From Betaproteobacteria bacterium (GTDB taxonomy: Bacteria; Pseudomonadota; Gammaproteobacteria; Burkholderiales; Casimicrobiaceae), in the NCBI GenBank assembly GCA_013298045.1, contig JAAFJI010000001.1, positions 1-52,471 on the forward strand: a stretch of DNA of 52,471 nt, in the 5' to 3' direction. Positions 1 to 10,189 of the stretch are shown here, one piece after another. The translations under genes and the position numbers were made by a program. Position 1 is the first letter of the stretch, and the number at the start of each line of letters is the position of its first letter. Below the pieces are notes generated by a model. It was not told the origin of the DNA and did not search any database. It saw only the letters and a list, made by a program, of their open reading frames with translations.

Positions 1-1
1 T

Positions 2-370
2 GAGCTCTCCGCGCGAGCCCGTGTGATCATCCCGCTTGACGCGCATATCGACTCGACGCAAGAGGTACGTAGCTTGCGCCCAAGCGCGCGGTACGGGGTC
101 TACGCCAGCGCACCCAGGCTTATTTTGTTCGCGCCAAACGCGGCCGACGAGGCGAGCGACAACGATGCCGAAGACGATGCCGATGAGTTCGACCTGGCCG
201 ACCAGGACGGCGACGGCTATCTTTCGTTTCGCGAAGCGCGTCGCGCCAATCCGGATTGGGCGCGCAATTTCCGACGCATCGATACGAGCGGCGACGGCTT
301 TCTGACCCGCGAAGAGCTCGATGCGTTTTACGCGACTGCGCCCGTGCAATCAAACGAGAAACAACGATGA
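2..370 (+). CDS. EF-hand calcium-binding protein (probably 5'-truncated by the window edge)
   Basis: Two EF-hand loops, DQDGDGYLSFRE and DTSGDGFLTREE. The frame is open from base 2. Confidence 0.75.
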   Translation, partial: ELSARARVIIPLDAHIDSTQEVRSLRPSARYGVYASAPRLILFAPNAADEASDNDAEDDADEFDLADQDGDGYLSFREARRANPDWARNFRRIDTSGDGFLTREELDAFYATAPVQSNEKQR

Positions 371-636
371 AAAAACACGCTTTCACAATTGCGCTTGCCG
401 CTGCCGCGACGCTTGCTTCGACGAACGCTTTTTCGGCGACGACGAAGTTCTCCAAATCCGACAGCAACCGCGACGGCGCACTTACCCGCACCGAAGCCTG
501 CGCAGGACGCACGCCGAGCATCTGCAAGCACTTTGATCGCATCGACGCGAATCGTGATGGCTTTGTGACGCGCGCAGAAGTCAAGGCGTACAACAACGCA
601 AAGCGATATCGCCGAAGCGTCGGAATGAAACCCTAG
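367..636 (+). CDS. Small secreted EF-hand protein
   Basis: ATGA overlap with the previous stop. Signal peptide MKKHAFTIALAAAATLASTNAFS. Loops DSNRDGALTRTE and DANRDGFVTRAE. Confidence 0.85.
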   Translation: MKKHAFTIALAAAATLASTNAFSATTKFSKSDSNRDGALTRTEACAGRTPSICKHFDRIDANRDGFVTRAEVKAYNNAKRYRRSVGMKP

Positions 637-656
637 GCTCGCGTGACGAATCCGCG

Positions 657-1919
657 CTACGACGCCTGTTCGTACGCGATGTGACCGGCGGCGATCGTTG
701 CCCGAACGACGCCAGGCAGCTCGTAGCCCATGAAGGGCGTGTTTTTCCCGGCGCTCTTGAGGCTCGCTTCGGTGATGTGCCGATACGCTCCGGCGTCGAA
801 TACGCAGACGTCGGCGGCAACACCAACCGAGAGCGTGCCGGCCGCGATACCGGCGGTTTTGGCAGCGCGCGCGCCGATCATCGCGAGCGCATCCGGCAGA
901 TCGAGCTTCGCCGATTCCGCGAGCCGCAGTACCAGTGACAACAACAATTCGACAGCCGTTGCGCCCGGCGCTGCTTCGCCGAACGGAACCTGCTTTGCCT
1001 CGCGCGGGCGCGGTGTGTGATCCGAGACTACGCAGTCAAGCGTGCCGTCTTTGAGCCCTGCAATCAGCCCGTCGCGATCACGCAGGCTACGCAGCGGCGG
1101 CGAGAGGCGGAAGTTTGGATTGAAGTGACCGATATCGATATCGGTTAAGTGAAGGTGATGAATCGAGACGTCCGCAGTAATCGGCAGACCTTCGCGCTTC
1201 GCGGCGCGAATCATCTCAACCCCACGTGCGGTTGAGATCTTGCTTAAATGACACTTTACGTTAGTGCCCCTAGAAATCTCGATAATTCTCGATATCTCTA
1301 CAGTCTCGGAAGAGCTTGGAATGCCGTTTAGCCCCAGTCTCGATGAGACTTCACCGTCATGAGCAGCACCTTCCCTGCTCAGGTACGGGTCTTCCGGACG
1401 CAGCCACAGCGTAAAACCAAAGGTCGCTGCGTATTGCATCGCGCGCCACAGCACCTGGGTGTCGGCGATCGCGGCGTCGGCCTGCGAAAAGCCGATGCAG
1501 CCAGCCTGCGCGAGTTTCGAGAGTTCCGCGAGCTGCTCGCCGCCGAGCGCTTTGGTCAGCGCGCCGAGCGGGTAGAGGTGCGCACCGTGTTGTGCGTTGG
1601 CACGCATCCGGAGCATGTCCACCAGCCCGGGCTCGTCTAGCACCGGATCGGTATCGGGCGGGCAGACGATTGAGGTGACGCCGCCAGCGGCCGCCGCCGC
1701 GAGTTCGGTTGCGAGTGTTCCGCGTTTGACGTGAACCGAAAGATCGACCAAACCGGGCGCGACGATCAAGCCCTGGGCGTTGATCTCTTTGTTGCTGTGC
1801 CAATCGGATGGTGCGCTGCCGATCGCTGCGATCTTACCGGCGGCGATGAAGACATCTGCGACCTGGTCGACATGGTTTGCCGGGTCAATCAGGCGACCGT
1901 TGCGAATTGCAATTTTCAT
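657..1919 (-). CDS. pyrC: Dihydroorotase-like protein (probably the inactive PyrC' ATCase partner)
   Basis: Amidohydrolase motifs (NGRLIDP, PGLVDL, SDHTP, GKNTPF). Overlaps the pyrB stop. The HxH metal motif reads SVH. Confidence 0.9.
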   Translation of the reverse strand: MKIAIRNGRLIDPANHVDQVADVFIAAGKIAAIGSAPSDWHSNKEINAQGLIVAPGLVDLSVHVKRGTLATELAAAAAGGVTSIVCPPDTDPVLDEPGLVDMLRMRANAQHGAHLYPLGALTKALGGEQLAELSKLAQAGCIGFSQADAAIADTQVLWRAMQYAATFGFTLWLRPEDPYLSREGAAHDGEVSSRLGLNGIPSSSETVEISRIIEISRGTNVKCHLSKISTARGVEMIRAAKREGLPITADVSIHHLHLTDIDIGHFNPNFRLSPPLRSLRDRDGLIAGLKDGTLDCVVSDHTPRPREAKQVPFGEAAPGATAVELLLSLVLRLAESAKLDLPDALAMIGARAAKTAGIAAGTLSVGVAADVCVFDAGAYRHITEASLKSAGKNTPFMGYELPGVVRATIAAGHIAYEQAS

Positions 1920-2878
1920 CGCGTTGCCCCTGCAAGAATCGCCATTACAGCCATACGAATGGCGATGCCGTAGGTCACCTGCGGCAAGATCACCGACTGC
2001 GCGCCATCGGCGACCGCCGAATCGATTTCGACACCTCGATTCATCGGCCCGGGATGCAGCACGATCGCATCGGGCTTTGCAAGCGCGAGTTTTTGCGGCG
2101 TCAGCCCATAGCGCGAAAAGTATTCGCTTGCGGAGGGAAGTAGCGCACCGTTCATCCGCTCGTTTTGCAATCGCAGCATGGTCACCACATCGACGCCGCG
2201 CAGACCCTCTTCCATTGAGGTAAAAACGCGGACGCCGAGGCGCTCGATTTCGGCGGGTAGGAGCGTTTGCGGCCCGATGACGCGAAGCTCCGGCACGCCA
2301 AGCGTGGTGAGCGCGTGGATCTGCGAACGGGCAACGCGCGAATGAAGAATATCGCCAACGATCGCGACCGTTAAATGATTGAACTGCTTCTTGTACTTGC
2401 GAATCGTGAACACATCGAGCAAGCCCTGGGTAGGATGCTCGTGACGCCCGTCGCCTGCGTTCACAACATGGACATGCGGCGCGACATTTTGGGCGATGAG
2501 ATAGGGCGCGCCACTCGCCGAATGACGAACCACGAACATATCGGCGTGCATCGCCGACAAATTCGCAATCGTGTCGAGAATCGATTCGCCTTTACTGGTT
2601 GACGAGCGCGCTACGTCGAGACTCACAACGTCGGCAGACAATCGCTTCGCCGCGATCTCGAAAGTCGTGCGGGTGCGCGTCGAATTCTCGAAAAACACAT
2701 TGAAAATCGATTTGCCGCGCAGGAGCGGCACCACTTTCATCTCGCGCTCGTTGATTCCAACAAAGCTCTCTGCTGTGTCAAGAATTCGTTCGAGAATTCG
2801 CTTTGGAAGCCCCTCGATTGCGAGCAGGTGGTGCAGCTCGCCGTTCTCGTTTAACTGGATATTTTTCTTCGAGAGCAT
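1916..2878 (-). CDS. pyrB: Aspartate carbamoyltransferase catalytic subunit
   Basis: [23 protein letters not shown] and HPGP motifs. Confidence 0.97.
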   Translation of the reverse strand: MLSKKNIQLNENGELHHLLAIEGLPKRILERILDTAESFVGINEREMKVVPLLRGKSIFNVFFENSTRTRTTFEIAAKRLSADVVSLDVARSSTSKGESILDTIANLSAMHADMFVVRHSASGAPYLIAQNVAPHVHVVNAGDGRHEHPTQGLLDVFTIRKYKKQFNHLTVAIVGDILHSRVARSQIHALTTLGVPELRVIGPQTLLPAEIERLGVRVFTSMEEGLRGVDVVTMLRLQNERMNGALLPSASEYFSRYGLTPQKLALAKPDAIVLHPGPMNRGVEIDSAVADGAQSVILPQVTYGIAIRMAVMAILAGATR

Positions 2879-3391
2879 TTACTTTTTCCATGGCTCCATG
2901 GTCAGGAATAGTTTTCCGGTCTCGTCTCGGTTGAGCGCGAGCATTTGATCGGCGGCAACGATCAGCGCATCGCCAACAAAATCCGCAGCGATCGGAAGTT
3001 CCCGACCACCGCGATCGACCAGTACCGCCAACCGGATCGAGGCCGGGCGGCCGTAGTCAAACAAGGTGTTAATGGCAGCGCGAATTGAGCGGCCAGTGAA
3101 CAGTACGTCGTCGACGATCACCAGGTGCGCACCTTCGACCGAGAACGGAATATGCGTCGCGCGCACGGTCGGTTTGAGCCCCGACATGCTCAAGTCGTCG
3201 CGATAGAAAGCAACGTCAATGAAGCCGAGCTCGTGTTCACCGTCGAGTTCCGCCTTAAGCCGCTCGGCGAGCCACGCGCCGCCCGAATAAACGCCGATCA
3301 GCTTTGCATCATAGGCAATCGAGGCTGCCATCTGGTCGCGTAGCGCATTGAATAACGGCTCGGCGTCCGTCTGGTGCTTTTGGACACTCAT
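2879..3391 (-). CDS. pyrR: Bifunctional pyr regulator / uracil phosphoribosyltransferase
   Basis: FYRDD, VDDVLFTGRSIRAA and DRGGRELPI motifs. Directly upstream of pyrB. Confidence 0.95.
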   Translation of the reverse strand: MSVQKHQTDAEPLFNALRDQMAASIAYDAKLIGVYSGGAWLAERLKAELDGEHELGFIDVAFYRDDLSMSGLKPTVRATHIPFSVEGAHLVIVDDVLFTGRSIRAAINTLFDYGRPASIRLAVLVDRGGRELPIAADFVGDALIVAADQMLALNRDETGKLFLTMEPWKK

Positions 3392-3840
3392 GCTTTGCTT
3401 GCCTCCGCTTCCATGTTTTTATGCAGACCGCTTTCAAAGAACCGACGCAGAATCGTTGCGGCGGCCTCTGCGTCGAGCCGCGACTTCAGCTTCGATTTTC
3501 TGTCACTGCGCAACGCCATTTCGGCCGCCGCCTCTACGCTTGAATAGCGTTCATCTACGAGCATCGCGGCACGACCAAAGCGTCCCTGCAGCTGCCGCGC
3601 GAAGCGCGTTGCGCGAACGGTCATGGCGTGCGCCGCGCCATCGGGATGCGTCGGCAGACCGATCACGAACGCGGCGGGCTGCCAATCGTTTACCAGCGGT
3701 GCGATTTTTGCAAAACGCTCGTCGTCATTGGTCGCCGAGATCGTCGTGAGCGGGTTGGCCAACTCGGTAATATCACTGCCAACAGCGACACCAATCCGCT
3801 TCTCACCAAAATCAAACGCGAGGAAAGTTTTGCCGTTCAT
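3388..3840 (-). CDS. ruvX: YqgF/RuvX family nuclease
   Basis: LAFDFGEKRIGVA, VIGLP, DERYSS and DAEAA motifs. Start taken at ATG 3840; an in-frame start at 3906 is also possible. Confidence 0.93.
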   Translation of the reverse strand: MNGKTFLAFDFGEKRIGVAVGSDITELANPLTTISATNDDERFAKIAPLVNDWQPAAFVIGLPTHPDGAAHAMTVRATRFARQLQGRFGRAAMLVDERYSSVEAAAEMALRSDRKSKLKSRLDAEAAATILRRFFESGLHKNMEAEASKA

Positions 3841-3874
3841 CGTGCCGCCGACCGAGGCAAGCGAAGCCGACGCA

Positions 3875-4435
3875 TCATGCGTGACCCGCAACGCTTGAGA
3901 GCGCAAACCGAGAAACGCCTAAACGCTGCATCGCCACGTCGAACAACCGCTCCGCAGGCGTTTCAAACAAAAGATCCGCCGAGGCTGGCACCGAAAGCCA
4001 GGCGTTTTGCGAAATTTCTTCCTCCAGCTGCCCTGCACCCCAACCCGCGTAACCAAGCGTAATCAGCCAATCGCTTGGCCCCACCCCGTCTGCCACCGCT
4101 TCCAGAATGTCCTTCGATGTCGTCAACACGAGCTCGTCGCCGACAGCAATCGAGGAGTTCCAGACGCCGTGCGGGCGATGCAAAACAAAACCATGCTCGA
4201 CGCTCACCGGTCCGCCGAAACGCACCTTGCGCTCGGCAAAATCGAGATGACGAACCTTGATTTCGACCTGGTCGAATAGCGCTGCCATTGAAATATCGGT
4301 TTGCCGGTTAAGAACCACGCCGAGCGCGCCTCGCTCGGTGTGTTCGCACAGATAAGTGACTGTTTCCTTGAAATTTGGATCGACCATGCCGGGCATGGCG
4401 ATCAGAAAATGTCCGGCAAGGCAACTCGCATCCAT
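3875..4435 (-). CDS. yqgE: YqgE/AlgH (UPF0301) family protein
   Basis: LIAMP..DPNF, GGPV and GYAGWGAGQLEEE motifs. Conserved position next to ruvX. Confidence 0.95.
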   Translation of the reverse strand: MDASCLAGHFLIAMPGMVDPNFKETVTYLCEHTERGALGVVLNRQTDISMAALFDQVEIKVRHLDFAERKVRFGGPVSVEHGFVLHRPHGVWNSSIAVGDELVLTTSKDILEAVADGVGPSDWLITLGYAGWGAGQLEEEISQNAWLSVPASADLLFETPAERLFDVAMQRLGVSRFALSSVAGHA

Positions 4436-4539
4436 TCCGTGATTTTACGGTTTCGATGGCAAACGTCGGCGACAATAGGGATGTCGGCGAGCGCCGAATC
4501 CGCCCCGCGCATACTGAACCTGCCTAACTCAAAATCTCC

Positions 4540-6039
4540 ATGCTCACACGCCCGTTCGCTCGATCGCTCTTCTGGTTTCGCCGTGATCTTCGCGCCTTCG
4601 ATAATGCAGCCCTGCATGCCGCGCTGCTGCAAAGCGAAAGGGTTTTCTGCGTGTTCGTGTTCGATCGGCAGATTCTCGACGCGCTCGAAGATCGCGCCGA
4701 CCGGCGCGTAGAGTTCATCTGGGAGAGTGTGCTCGAGTTGCGCAGCGCGCTGCGCGCACTCGGTGGCGATCTCTGGATTGCGCATGCTGTCGCGAGCGAA
4801 GCAATTCCCGCGATTGCTTGTGCGCTCTCGGTAGATGCGGTGTTCACCAATCACGACTACGAACCGCAGGCGAAGGCGCGCGATGAGCGGGTGTGCGAAG
4901 CGCTCGCAAGACAGCAGATCGAATTCAAAACGCACAAGGATCACGTGATTTTCGAAAAGGACGAACTGCTCACTCAAGGCGGAAAATTCTTTTCGGTATT
5001 TACCCCGTACAAGAACGCGTGGCTGAAGCGATTGGAGGCTTTTTATCTAAAGGCGTATCCGGTCGCAAAACATGCAAAGCGTCTCGCCGATGCGACGCAG
5101 GCGTCAGCGGACATAAGGGTCTCTTCAAGCTCGGTCGGGTTCTCGACGGACATTCCATCGCTTGATGCGATGGGCGTTACGCGTACCAACCTTCGCGAAA
5201 TGAACTTTCCCACAGGCGCGAGCGGCGGCGAAGCACTACTCGGAGACTTCCTGAAACGCATTGATCGCTACGATGAAGCGCGAAACTTCCCTGCGCTCAA
5301 AGGACCTTCGTATTTATCGACTCATTTGCGCTTCGGCACTGTCTCGATTCGCGGTCTTGCACGTGAAGCGTGGACGCGCTGGCAGGAGGGTTCGCGTGGT
5401 GCGGAAGTCTGGCTGTCGGAATTGATCTGGCGTGACTTTTATGCGCACATCTTGCATCACAATCCACGCGTCGTGGAGCGCAGTTTCAAACCAGAGTACG
5501 ACGGGATTGCCTGGTCGAATGACGAAGCACTTTTCGCTGCATGGCGCGAAGGGCGAACCGGCTACCCAATCGTTGACGCAGCCATGCGGCAGCTCAATCA
5601 AACTGGCTACATGCACAATCGACTACGCATGGTGGCGGCGAGCTTTTTGGTGAAGGATTTGCTCATCGATTGGCGCTGGGGCGAAGCTTATTTTGCAGCG
5701 AAGTTAAACGATTTCGATTTGTCTGCAAACAATGGCGGTTGGCAATGGGCTGCGTCTACCGGATGTGACGCACAGCCGTATTTCCGTATCTTCAACCCGC
5801 TAAGTCAGAGTGAGAAGTTCGACGCCGACGGCGTTTTCATTCGGAAGTACGTTCCCGAAGTCGCGATGCTTTCGAACAAGGACATTCACGCCCCTTGGCT
5901 CACGTCGCCCGTGGAGCTGCGTGCGCGCGGATTCGCGGTGGGTCGAGACTATCCTCTGCCGATTGTCGATCACGCAAGGGCTCGCGAAGCGACACTCGCG
6001 GAATTCAAACGAGCGCTCAACCAGAAAACCAAAGCGTAG
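4540..6039 (+). CDS. phrB: Class I CPD DNA photolyase
   Basis: WFRRDLR..DN, SYLSTHLRFG, TGYPIVDAAMRQL, HNRLRM and NNGGWQW motifs. Confidence 0.96.
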   Translation: MLTRPFARSLFWFRRDLRAFDNAALHAALLQSERVFCVFVFDRQILDALEDRADRRVEFIWESVLELRSALRALGGDLWIAHAVASEAIPAIACALSVDAVFTNHDYEPQAKARDERVCEALARQQIEFKTHKDHVIFEKDELLTQGGKFFSVFTPYKNAWLKRLEAFYLKAYPVAKHAKRLADATQASADIRVSSSSVGFSTDIPSLDAMGVTRTNLREMNFPTGASGGEALLGDFLKRIDRYDEARNFPALKGPSYLSTHLRFGTVSIRGLAREAWTRWQEGSRGAEVWLSELIWRDFYAHILHHNPRVVERSFKPEYDGIAWSNDEALFAAWREGRTGYPIVDAAMRQLNQTGYMHNRLRMVAASFLVKDLLIDWRWGEAYFAAKLNDFDLSANNGGWQWAASTGCDAQPYFRIFNPLSQSEKFDADGVFIRKYVPEVAMLSNKDIHAPWLTSPVELRARGFAVGRDYPLPIVDHARAREATLAEFKRALNQKTKA

Positions 6040-6149
6040 GCGCACGGGAGGGTTCGCCGATCGATTCAAGCAAGCGTACCCATACGTCTGCCCACACGCT
6101 GATTCCGTTCATCGTACAAAATAGCGCGAACGCATCCGAATTCCAGGAC

Positions 6150-6938
6150 ATGAACACAGTAGAAAACAAAGTCGCGCTCGTTACCGGTTCGACAAGTGGC
6201 ATCGGGCTTGCGATTGCCCGTCGCTTCGCGCTCGCAGGCGCGGAAGTGGTGATGAACGGTTTCGGCAACCCTGCGGAAATCGAGCAAACCCGCGAAGCGA
6301 TTGCCGAGCAATCTAAAACGCGTGTGCATTTCGTTCCGGCGGATCTGTCGAAGGGCTCGGATGCGCAAATGCTGGTGAAGCAAACCATCGCCATTTGCGG
6401 TCGCATTGATGTGCTGGTGAACAATGCCGGAATTCAGCATGTCGCCCCGGTTCCGGAGTTTCCGGATGAGCGATGGGATGCGGTCATCGCGATCAATCTC
6501 TCGTCGGCATTTCATACTTCGAAAATCGCGCTTGCCGACATGCAATTGAGAGGCTGGGGACGGATCATCAACATTGCTTCGGCGCACGGACTGGTCGCCT
6601 CTGCAAACAAATCCGCATATGTTGCTGCGAAGCATGGCATTGTCGGTCTGACCAAGGTCTCGGCGCTGGAAAACGCACGATCGAATATCACCTGTAACGC
6701 GATCTGCCCGGGCTGGGTAGATACGCCGCTCGTACGAAAGCAAATCGAAGCGCGCGCTGTCGCGCAAAGCATGACGGTCGATGCAGCAACCAAGCAACTG
6801 GTCGGTGAAAAGCAACCGAGCGAACGATTCGTCTCGCCGGAGCATCTGGCGGAGCTCGCACTGTTTCTCTGCTCCGAAGCTGGCGGCTCAGTTACCGGAA
6901 GCGCGTACTCCATGGACGGTGGCTGGACTGCGCAGTGA
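6150..6938 (+). CDS. bdhA: D-3-hydroxybutyrate dehydrogenase
   Basis: TGSTSGIG, NNAGIQHVAP, SAHGLVAS.NKSAYVAAKHG and DGGWTAQ motifs. AGGA lies just before ATG 6150. Confidence 0.93.
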   Translation: MNTVENKVALVTGSTSGIGLAIARRFALAGAEVVMNGFGNPAEIEQTREAIAEQSKTRVHFVPADLSKGSDAQMLVKQTIAICGRIDVLVNNAGIQHVAPVPEFPDERWDAVIAINLSSAFHTSKIALADMQLRGWGRIINIASAHGLVASANKSAYVAAKHGIVGLTKVSALENARSNITCNAICPGWVDTPLVRKQIEARAVAQSMTVDAATKQLVGEKQPSERFVSPEHLAELALFLCSEAGGSVTGSAYSMDGGWTAQ

Positions 6939-7096
6939 GGCCGAACGACGACGAGACGAACAGATTTGGAGGTCGCAGCGCGCATAAGCCAAATTGGCGC
7001 GATCGGCTGACGAACGATTGCAAATCGTTGCTTCTGTGCGCGCAGCACGTCGTGCTACAGCGACGCGCGTCGTCCTGACGAGCGTCGCGAACACCC

Positions 7097-7528
7097 GTGC
7101 GTTTAGTCATCGACACCAATGTGCTGGTCTCTGCACTCATTTTCAAAGACTCGCGTCATTTGCCACTACGGGCTGCATGGACACAAAAGCGCGTCACCCC
7201 GCTGCTCTCGATTGCGACCTACCGCGAGCTCAAAAAAGTGCTCGGCTACAGAATGTTCGACATTGACGATAATCGGATTCAAGACGCCATTGCCGCGCTC
7301 GGGCCGTTCGTCGAATGGGTGACAATCGATGACGCACACGCGGCATCGCTTCCGAAATGCAGCGATCGGGACGATCAAAAATTTCTTGACGTGGCGCTGT
7401 GCGGGCGTGCAAACGCGATCATTACCTATGACAAAGCGCTACTCAAATTGCGTCGTCGAGCGATTGGTTTTGCGATCTGCAAGCCAGAAGACATTGACCT
7501 TACAGCTTTAACGGCACAAGCCCTATAA
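7097..7528 (+). CDS. PIN-domain protein (TIGR00305-like putative toxin)
   Basis: VIDTNVLVSAL, C.D.DDQKFLD.A and IITYDKALL motifs. Confidence 0.88.
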   Translation: MRLVIDTNVLVSALIFKDSRHLPLRAAWTQKRVTPLLSIATYRELKKVLGYRMFDIDDNRIQDAIAALGPFVEWVTIDDAHAASLPKCSDRDDQKFLDVALCGRANAIITYDKALLKLRRRAIGFAICKPEDIDLTALTAQAL

Positions 7529-7623
7529 AATAGGAATTATGTGAGATTTTGATACTTTTCTTATATAGTGACTGAATCAGCTACAGCCTATATTTTAAGA
7601 GGCATCAATATATTGAGCTGTTA

Positions 7624-8796
7624 TTACAATCGATGGCAGTCGTCGATTTCCGCAAATCGGTCGAGGATGCGATTCGCCTTGGCATTTCCGATGACGAGCA
7701 CTTTAAAAAGTTCGCCCATCTCGGTGGGCGAGACGAGTTTCTGGATAGCACCGGTCGCGGCAAGTCGCGACGCCTCAGTCGCAAACATCGCAGTCTCCAG
7801 CATTGCAGGCAAGCCGCTGGCGAGAAGAAACTTCGCCTGCGTCGAGTAGCAACTGACGCTAAGCGCGTCGCTTGCCTCAATCATCGCCTCGGCGATTGCT
7901 GTGAAATCGACATGTGCGGTGATGTCCTGTAAACCGGGAAGTATCAGCGGGTCGTCGTGGGCGCGATGTCGGTAGTGACACATCAATGTCCCGCGCGTGC
8001 GCGACGGCATATAGAACTCGCTTTGCGGAAATCCGTAATCGATAAAGCAAACGGCCGTCGGCTCGCTTCGGCTTAGCCGCGCGGCGAGTGTGGCCGCGAG
8101 CGCCTCGGCCTCAAGATTGATCTCGCTCGCGTAGCCCTCGATCGGCGGGATGCGATGTTTTGCGGCCTCGAAGAGCGCTCCGCTTTCAAGCGCCCGCCAC
8201 TGAAATTCGAAGCCTCGTTCGTGTTGGACAACGAATGCTTGTTGATAGCGTGAACTGTCGAAGCGAACGATCTCGCAAGGCAGCGCATCGAGCACTTCGT
8301 TTAGCAGTACAACACCCGCAATTTCATCGGGTAGTCGGTCGAGCCATCGGGTACGTGTTTGTGCGAGCAAGCGCTCTTGTCGCTCGCGCAAATCGGCACT
8401 GACTTCGAGTATTGAGTAGTCGCAATCGCCCGCAGCGGAAATGAACGATTTCGCGAGCGCGCCGCTGCCCGCGCCAAGCTCGGTTACGCCATGCACGACG
8501 AGCGGTGCAAATGCGCCCGCAAGCGTCGCACCAAAAAGCGGCGACATTTCCGGTGCGGTGGTGAAGTCCCCGGCACTGCCCAGTTTTGCACTGCCTGCGG
8601 TGTAATAGCCGAGATTCGGCGCGTATAAACACGCCCGCATAAAATCAGAGAATGCAATGCGGCGATCGGGCGACGCTTCGATCTTCGCCGCAATCGAGAG
8701 CGCCACAGCTTCGCCATGCATCCGAAGCGACGCCTCGGGCGTCGGCAGTCCTCGCGCGACAACATCAAAGAGCGCATTGAAAAGTGGATAACCCAT
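7624..8796 (-). CDS. SAM-dependent methyltransferase, MidA/NDUFAF7 family
   Basis: LY.P.LGYY, GDFTTAPE, ELGAGSG, NEVLDALP, IDYG, QDITAHVDF and MGELFKV motifs. Start codon uncertain. Confidence 0.9.
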   Translation of the reverse strand: MGYPLFNALFDVVARGLPTPEASLRMHGEAVALSIAAKIEASPDRRIAFSDFMRACLYAPNLGYYTAGSAKLGSAGDFTTAPEMSPLFGATLAGAFAPLVVHGVTELGAGSGALAKSFISAAGDCDYSILEVSADLRERQERLLAQTRTRWLDRLPDEIAGVVLLNEVLDALPCEIVRFDSSRYQQAFVVQHERGFEFQWRALESGALFEAAKHRIPPIEGYASEINLEAEALAATLAARLSRSEPTAVCFIDYGFPQSEFYMPSRTRGTLMCHYRHRAHDDPLILPGLQDITAHVDFTAIAEAMIEASDALSVSCYSTQAKFLLASGLPAMLETAMFATEASRLAATGAIQKLVSPTEMGELFKVLVIGNAKANRILDRFAEIDDCHRL

Positions 8797-9562
8797 GACG
8801 AAAGAAACCGGAATAAGAGTTGCGCTGGTCACCGGTGGCGCGAAGCGCGTCGGTGCCGCGATTGCGCGTCGCCTTCATCGCGAAGGTTTCGCTGTCGCGA
8901 TCCATTATCGCGCATCGAAAGTCGAGGCCGAGTCACTCGCAAGTGAGTTAAACGCCATTCGTATACGCTCAGCCGTGTGTATTCAAGCTGACCTCCTCGC
9001 GACTGCAACGCTTGAGCCGCTCGTGGAAAGCGTCATTGAGCGTTTCGGGCGACTCGACGCGCTGGTCAACAATGCCTCCACTTTCTACGGCGGCACGCTG
9101 GATCGAATCGATGAGACGCAGTGGATCGAATTGATCGGCAGCAACCTTAAAGCGCCGCTCTTTGTGTGCAAGGCCGCCGCGCCGCATCTGGCGAGAGTAA
9201 ACGGCGCTATCGTGAACATTACCGATATTCATGCCGAGCGACCGATGAAAGACTATGTTCTCTACAACATCGCCAAAGCCGGATTGCGCGGACTCACGCT
9301 CGCGCTCGCTCGCGATCTCGCGCCAGAGTGCGAAGGCGCGCCACATGTGCGTGTGAACGCGGTTGCGCCAGGCCCGATATTCTGGCCCGACGATGACCAG
9401 ATTGACGAGGTAGAAAAAGCGCGCATTCTCGATCACGTGCCGCTCAAGCGCGAAGGCGGTGTCGAGCAAATCGCCGAGGCAGTGAAATACTTGATCTGCG
9501 ACGCAAGCTACGTCACAGGTCAGACAATCAACGTCGACGGCGGTCGCTCAATTGCGATCTGA
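8795..9562 (+). CDS. Pteridine reductase (FolM/PTR1-type SDR)
   Basis: TGGAKRVG, NNAS.F, NITD and YNIAK motifs. Commonly found divergent from MidA-family genes. Confidence 0.9.
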   Translation: MTKETGIRVALVTGGAKRVGAAIARRLHREGFAVAIHYRASKVEAESLASELNAIRIRSAVCIQADLLATATLEPLVESVIERFGRLDALVNNASTFYGGTLDRIDETQWIELIGSNLKAPLFVCKAAAPHLARVNGAIVNITDIHAERPMKDYVLYNIAKAGLRGLTLALARDLAPECEGAPHVRVNAVAPGPIFWPDDDQIDEVEKARILDHVPLKREGGVEQIAEAVKYLICDASYVTGQTINVDGGRSIAI

Positions 9563-9575
9563 GCCGTTCTCTCAT

Positions 9576-9621
9576 ATCTTGTTTTTCGATAAGAAATATT
9601 TAAAGTATTCGCTTTACTGAT
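9576..9621. promoter_or_regulatory. Two candidate LysR boxes upstream of the DUF3455 gene
   Basis: ATC-N9-GAT at 9576-9590 and ATT-N9-GAT at 9607-9621 (T-N11-A), each followed by AAGAA(A)TATT, in an AT-rich spacer. Confidence 0.5.
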
Positions 9622-9672
9622 AAGAATATTGGGTAGATAGTTGAACCTTCGATATCTCATCTGGAGTTCAAC

Positions 9673-10182
9673 ATGTGCTTTCTGCGTACCTTCGCGTCTT
9701 CTATCTTTCTCGGCACCAACGCGCTGGCCGCGACCGCACTCGCTGGCGTTCCGGCGCAACTGGTACCGCAAGGTGAACGCGAAAAGATGAATTACGCCGC
9801 GATCGGCGTTCAAATTTACGAATGCAAGCAATCGGATAAAGGGCCCGCCTGGACGTTTGTCGCGCCTGAGGCGGATTTGTTTGATTTGAACGGCAAACTG
9901 GTCGGCAAGCACTATGCCGGACCAAGCTGGGAGAGCGACGACGGAAGCAAGATCGTCGGCTCGCTCAAAGCGCGCGCCGAGTCCACGCGCGCGGGCGCGA
10001 TCGCTCACCTGCTCGTCGCGACCAGGAGCGAGGTGAAAGTAGGCGTGTTTAGCGATGTTTCCAGCTTGCAGCGTGTGAATACCGTCGGCGGTGTTGCGCC
10101 CAGCTCGGGTTGCGATGCCACGAAACTTGGCCAACAGGCTCGGGTCTACTACACCGCGAACTACATCTACTTCACCAAATAG
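9673..10182 (+). CDS. Secreted DUF3455-family protein
   Basis: GVQIYEC, W.FVAPEA.L, GKHYAGPSW, RVNT.GG.AP and Y.A.Y.F motifs. GGAG RBS and a signal-like N-terminus. Confidence 0.85.
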   Translation: MCFLRTFASSIFLGTNALAATALAGVPAQLVPQGEREKMNYAAIGVQIYECKQSDKGPAWTFVAPEADLFDLNGKLVGKHYAGPSWESDDGSKIVGSLKARAESTRAGAIAHLLVATRSEVKVGVFSDVSSLQRVNTVGGVAPSSGCDATKLGQQARVYYTANYIYFTK

Positions 10183-10189
10183 GAATCAC

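Noticed and set aside
5895-6149. N-terminal extension of bdhA in the ORF track
   Set aside because: It overlaps the photolyase gene. SDR homology and the RBS begin at ATG 6150.
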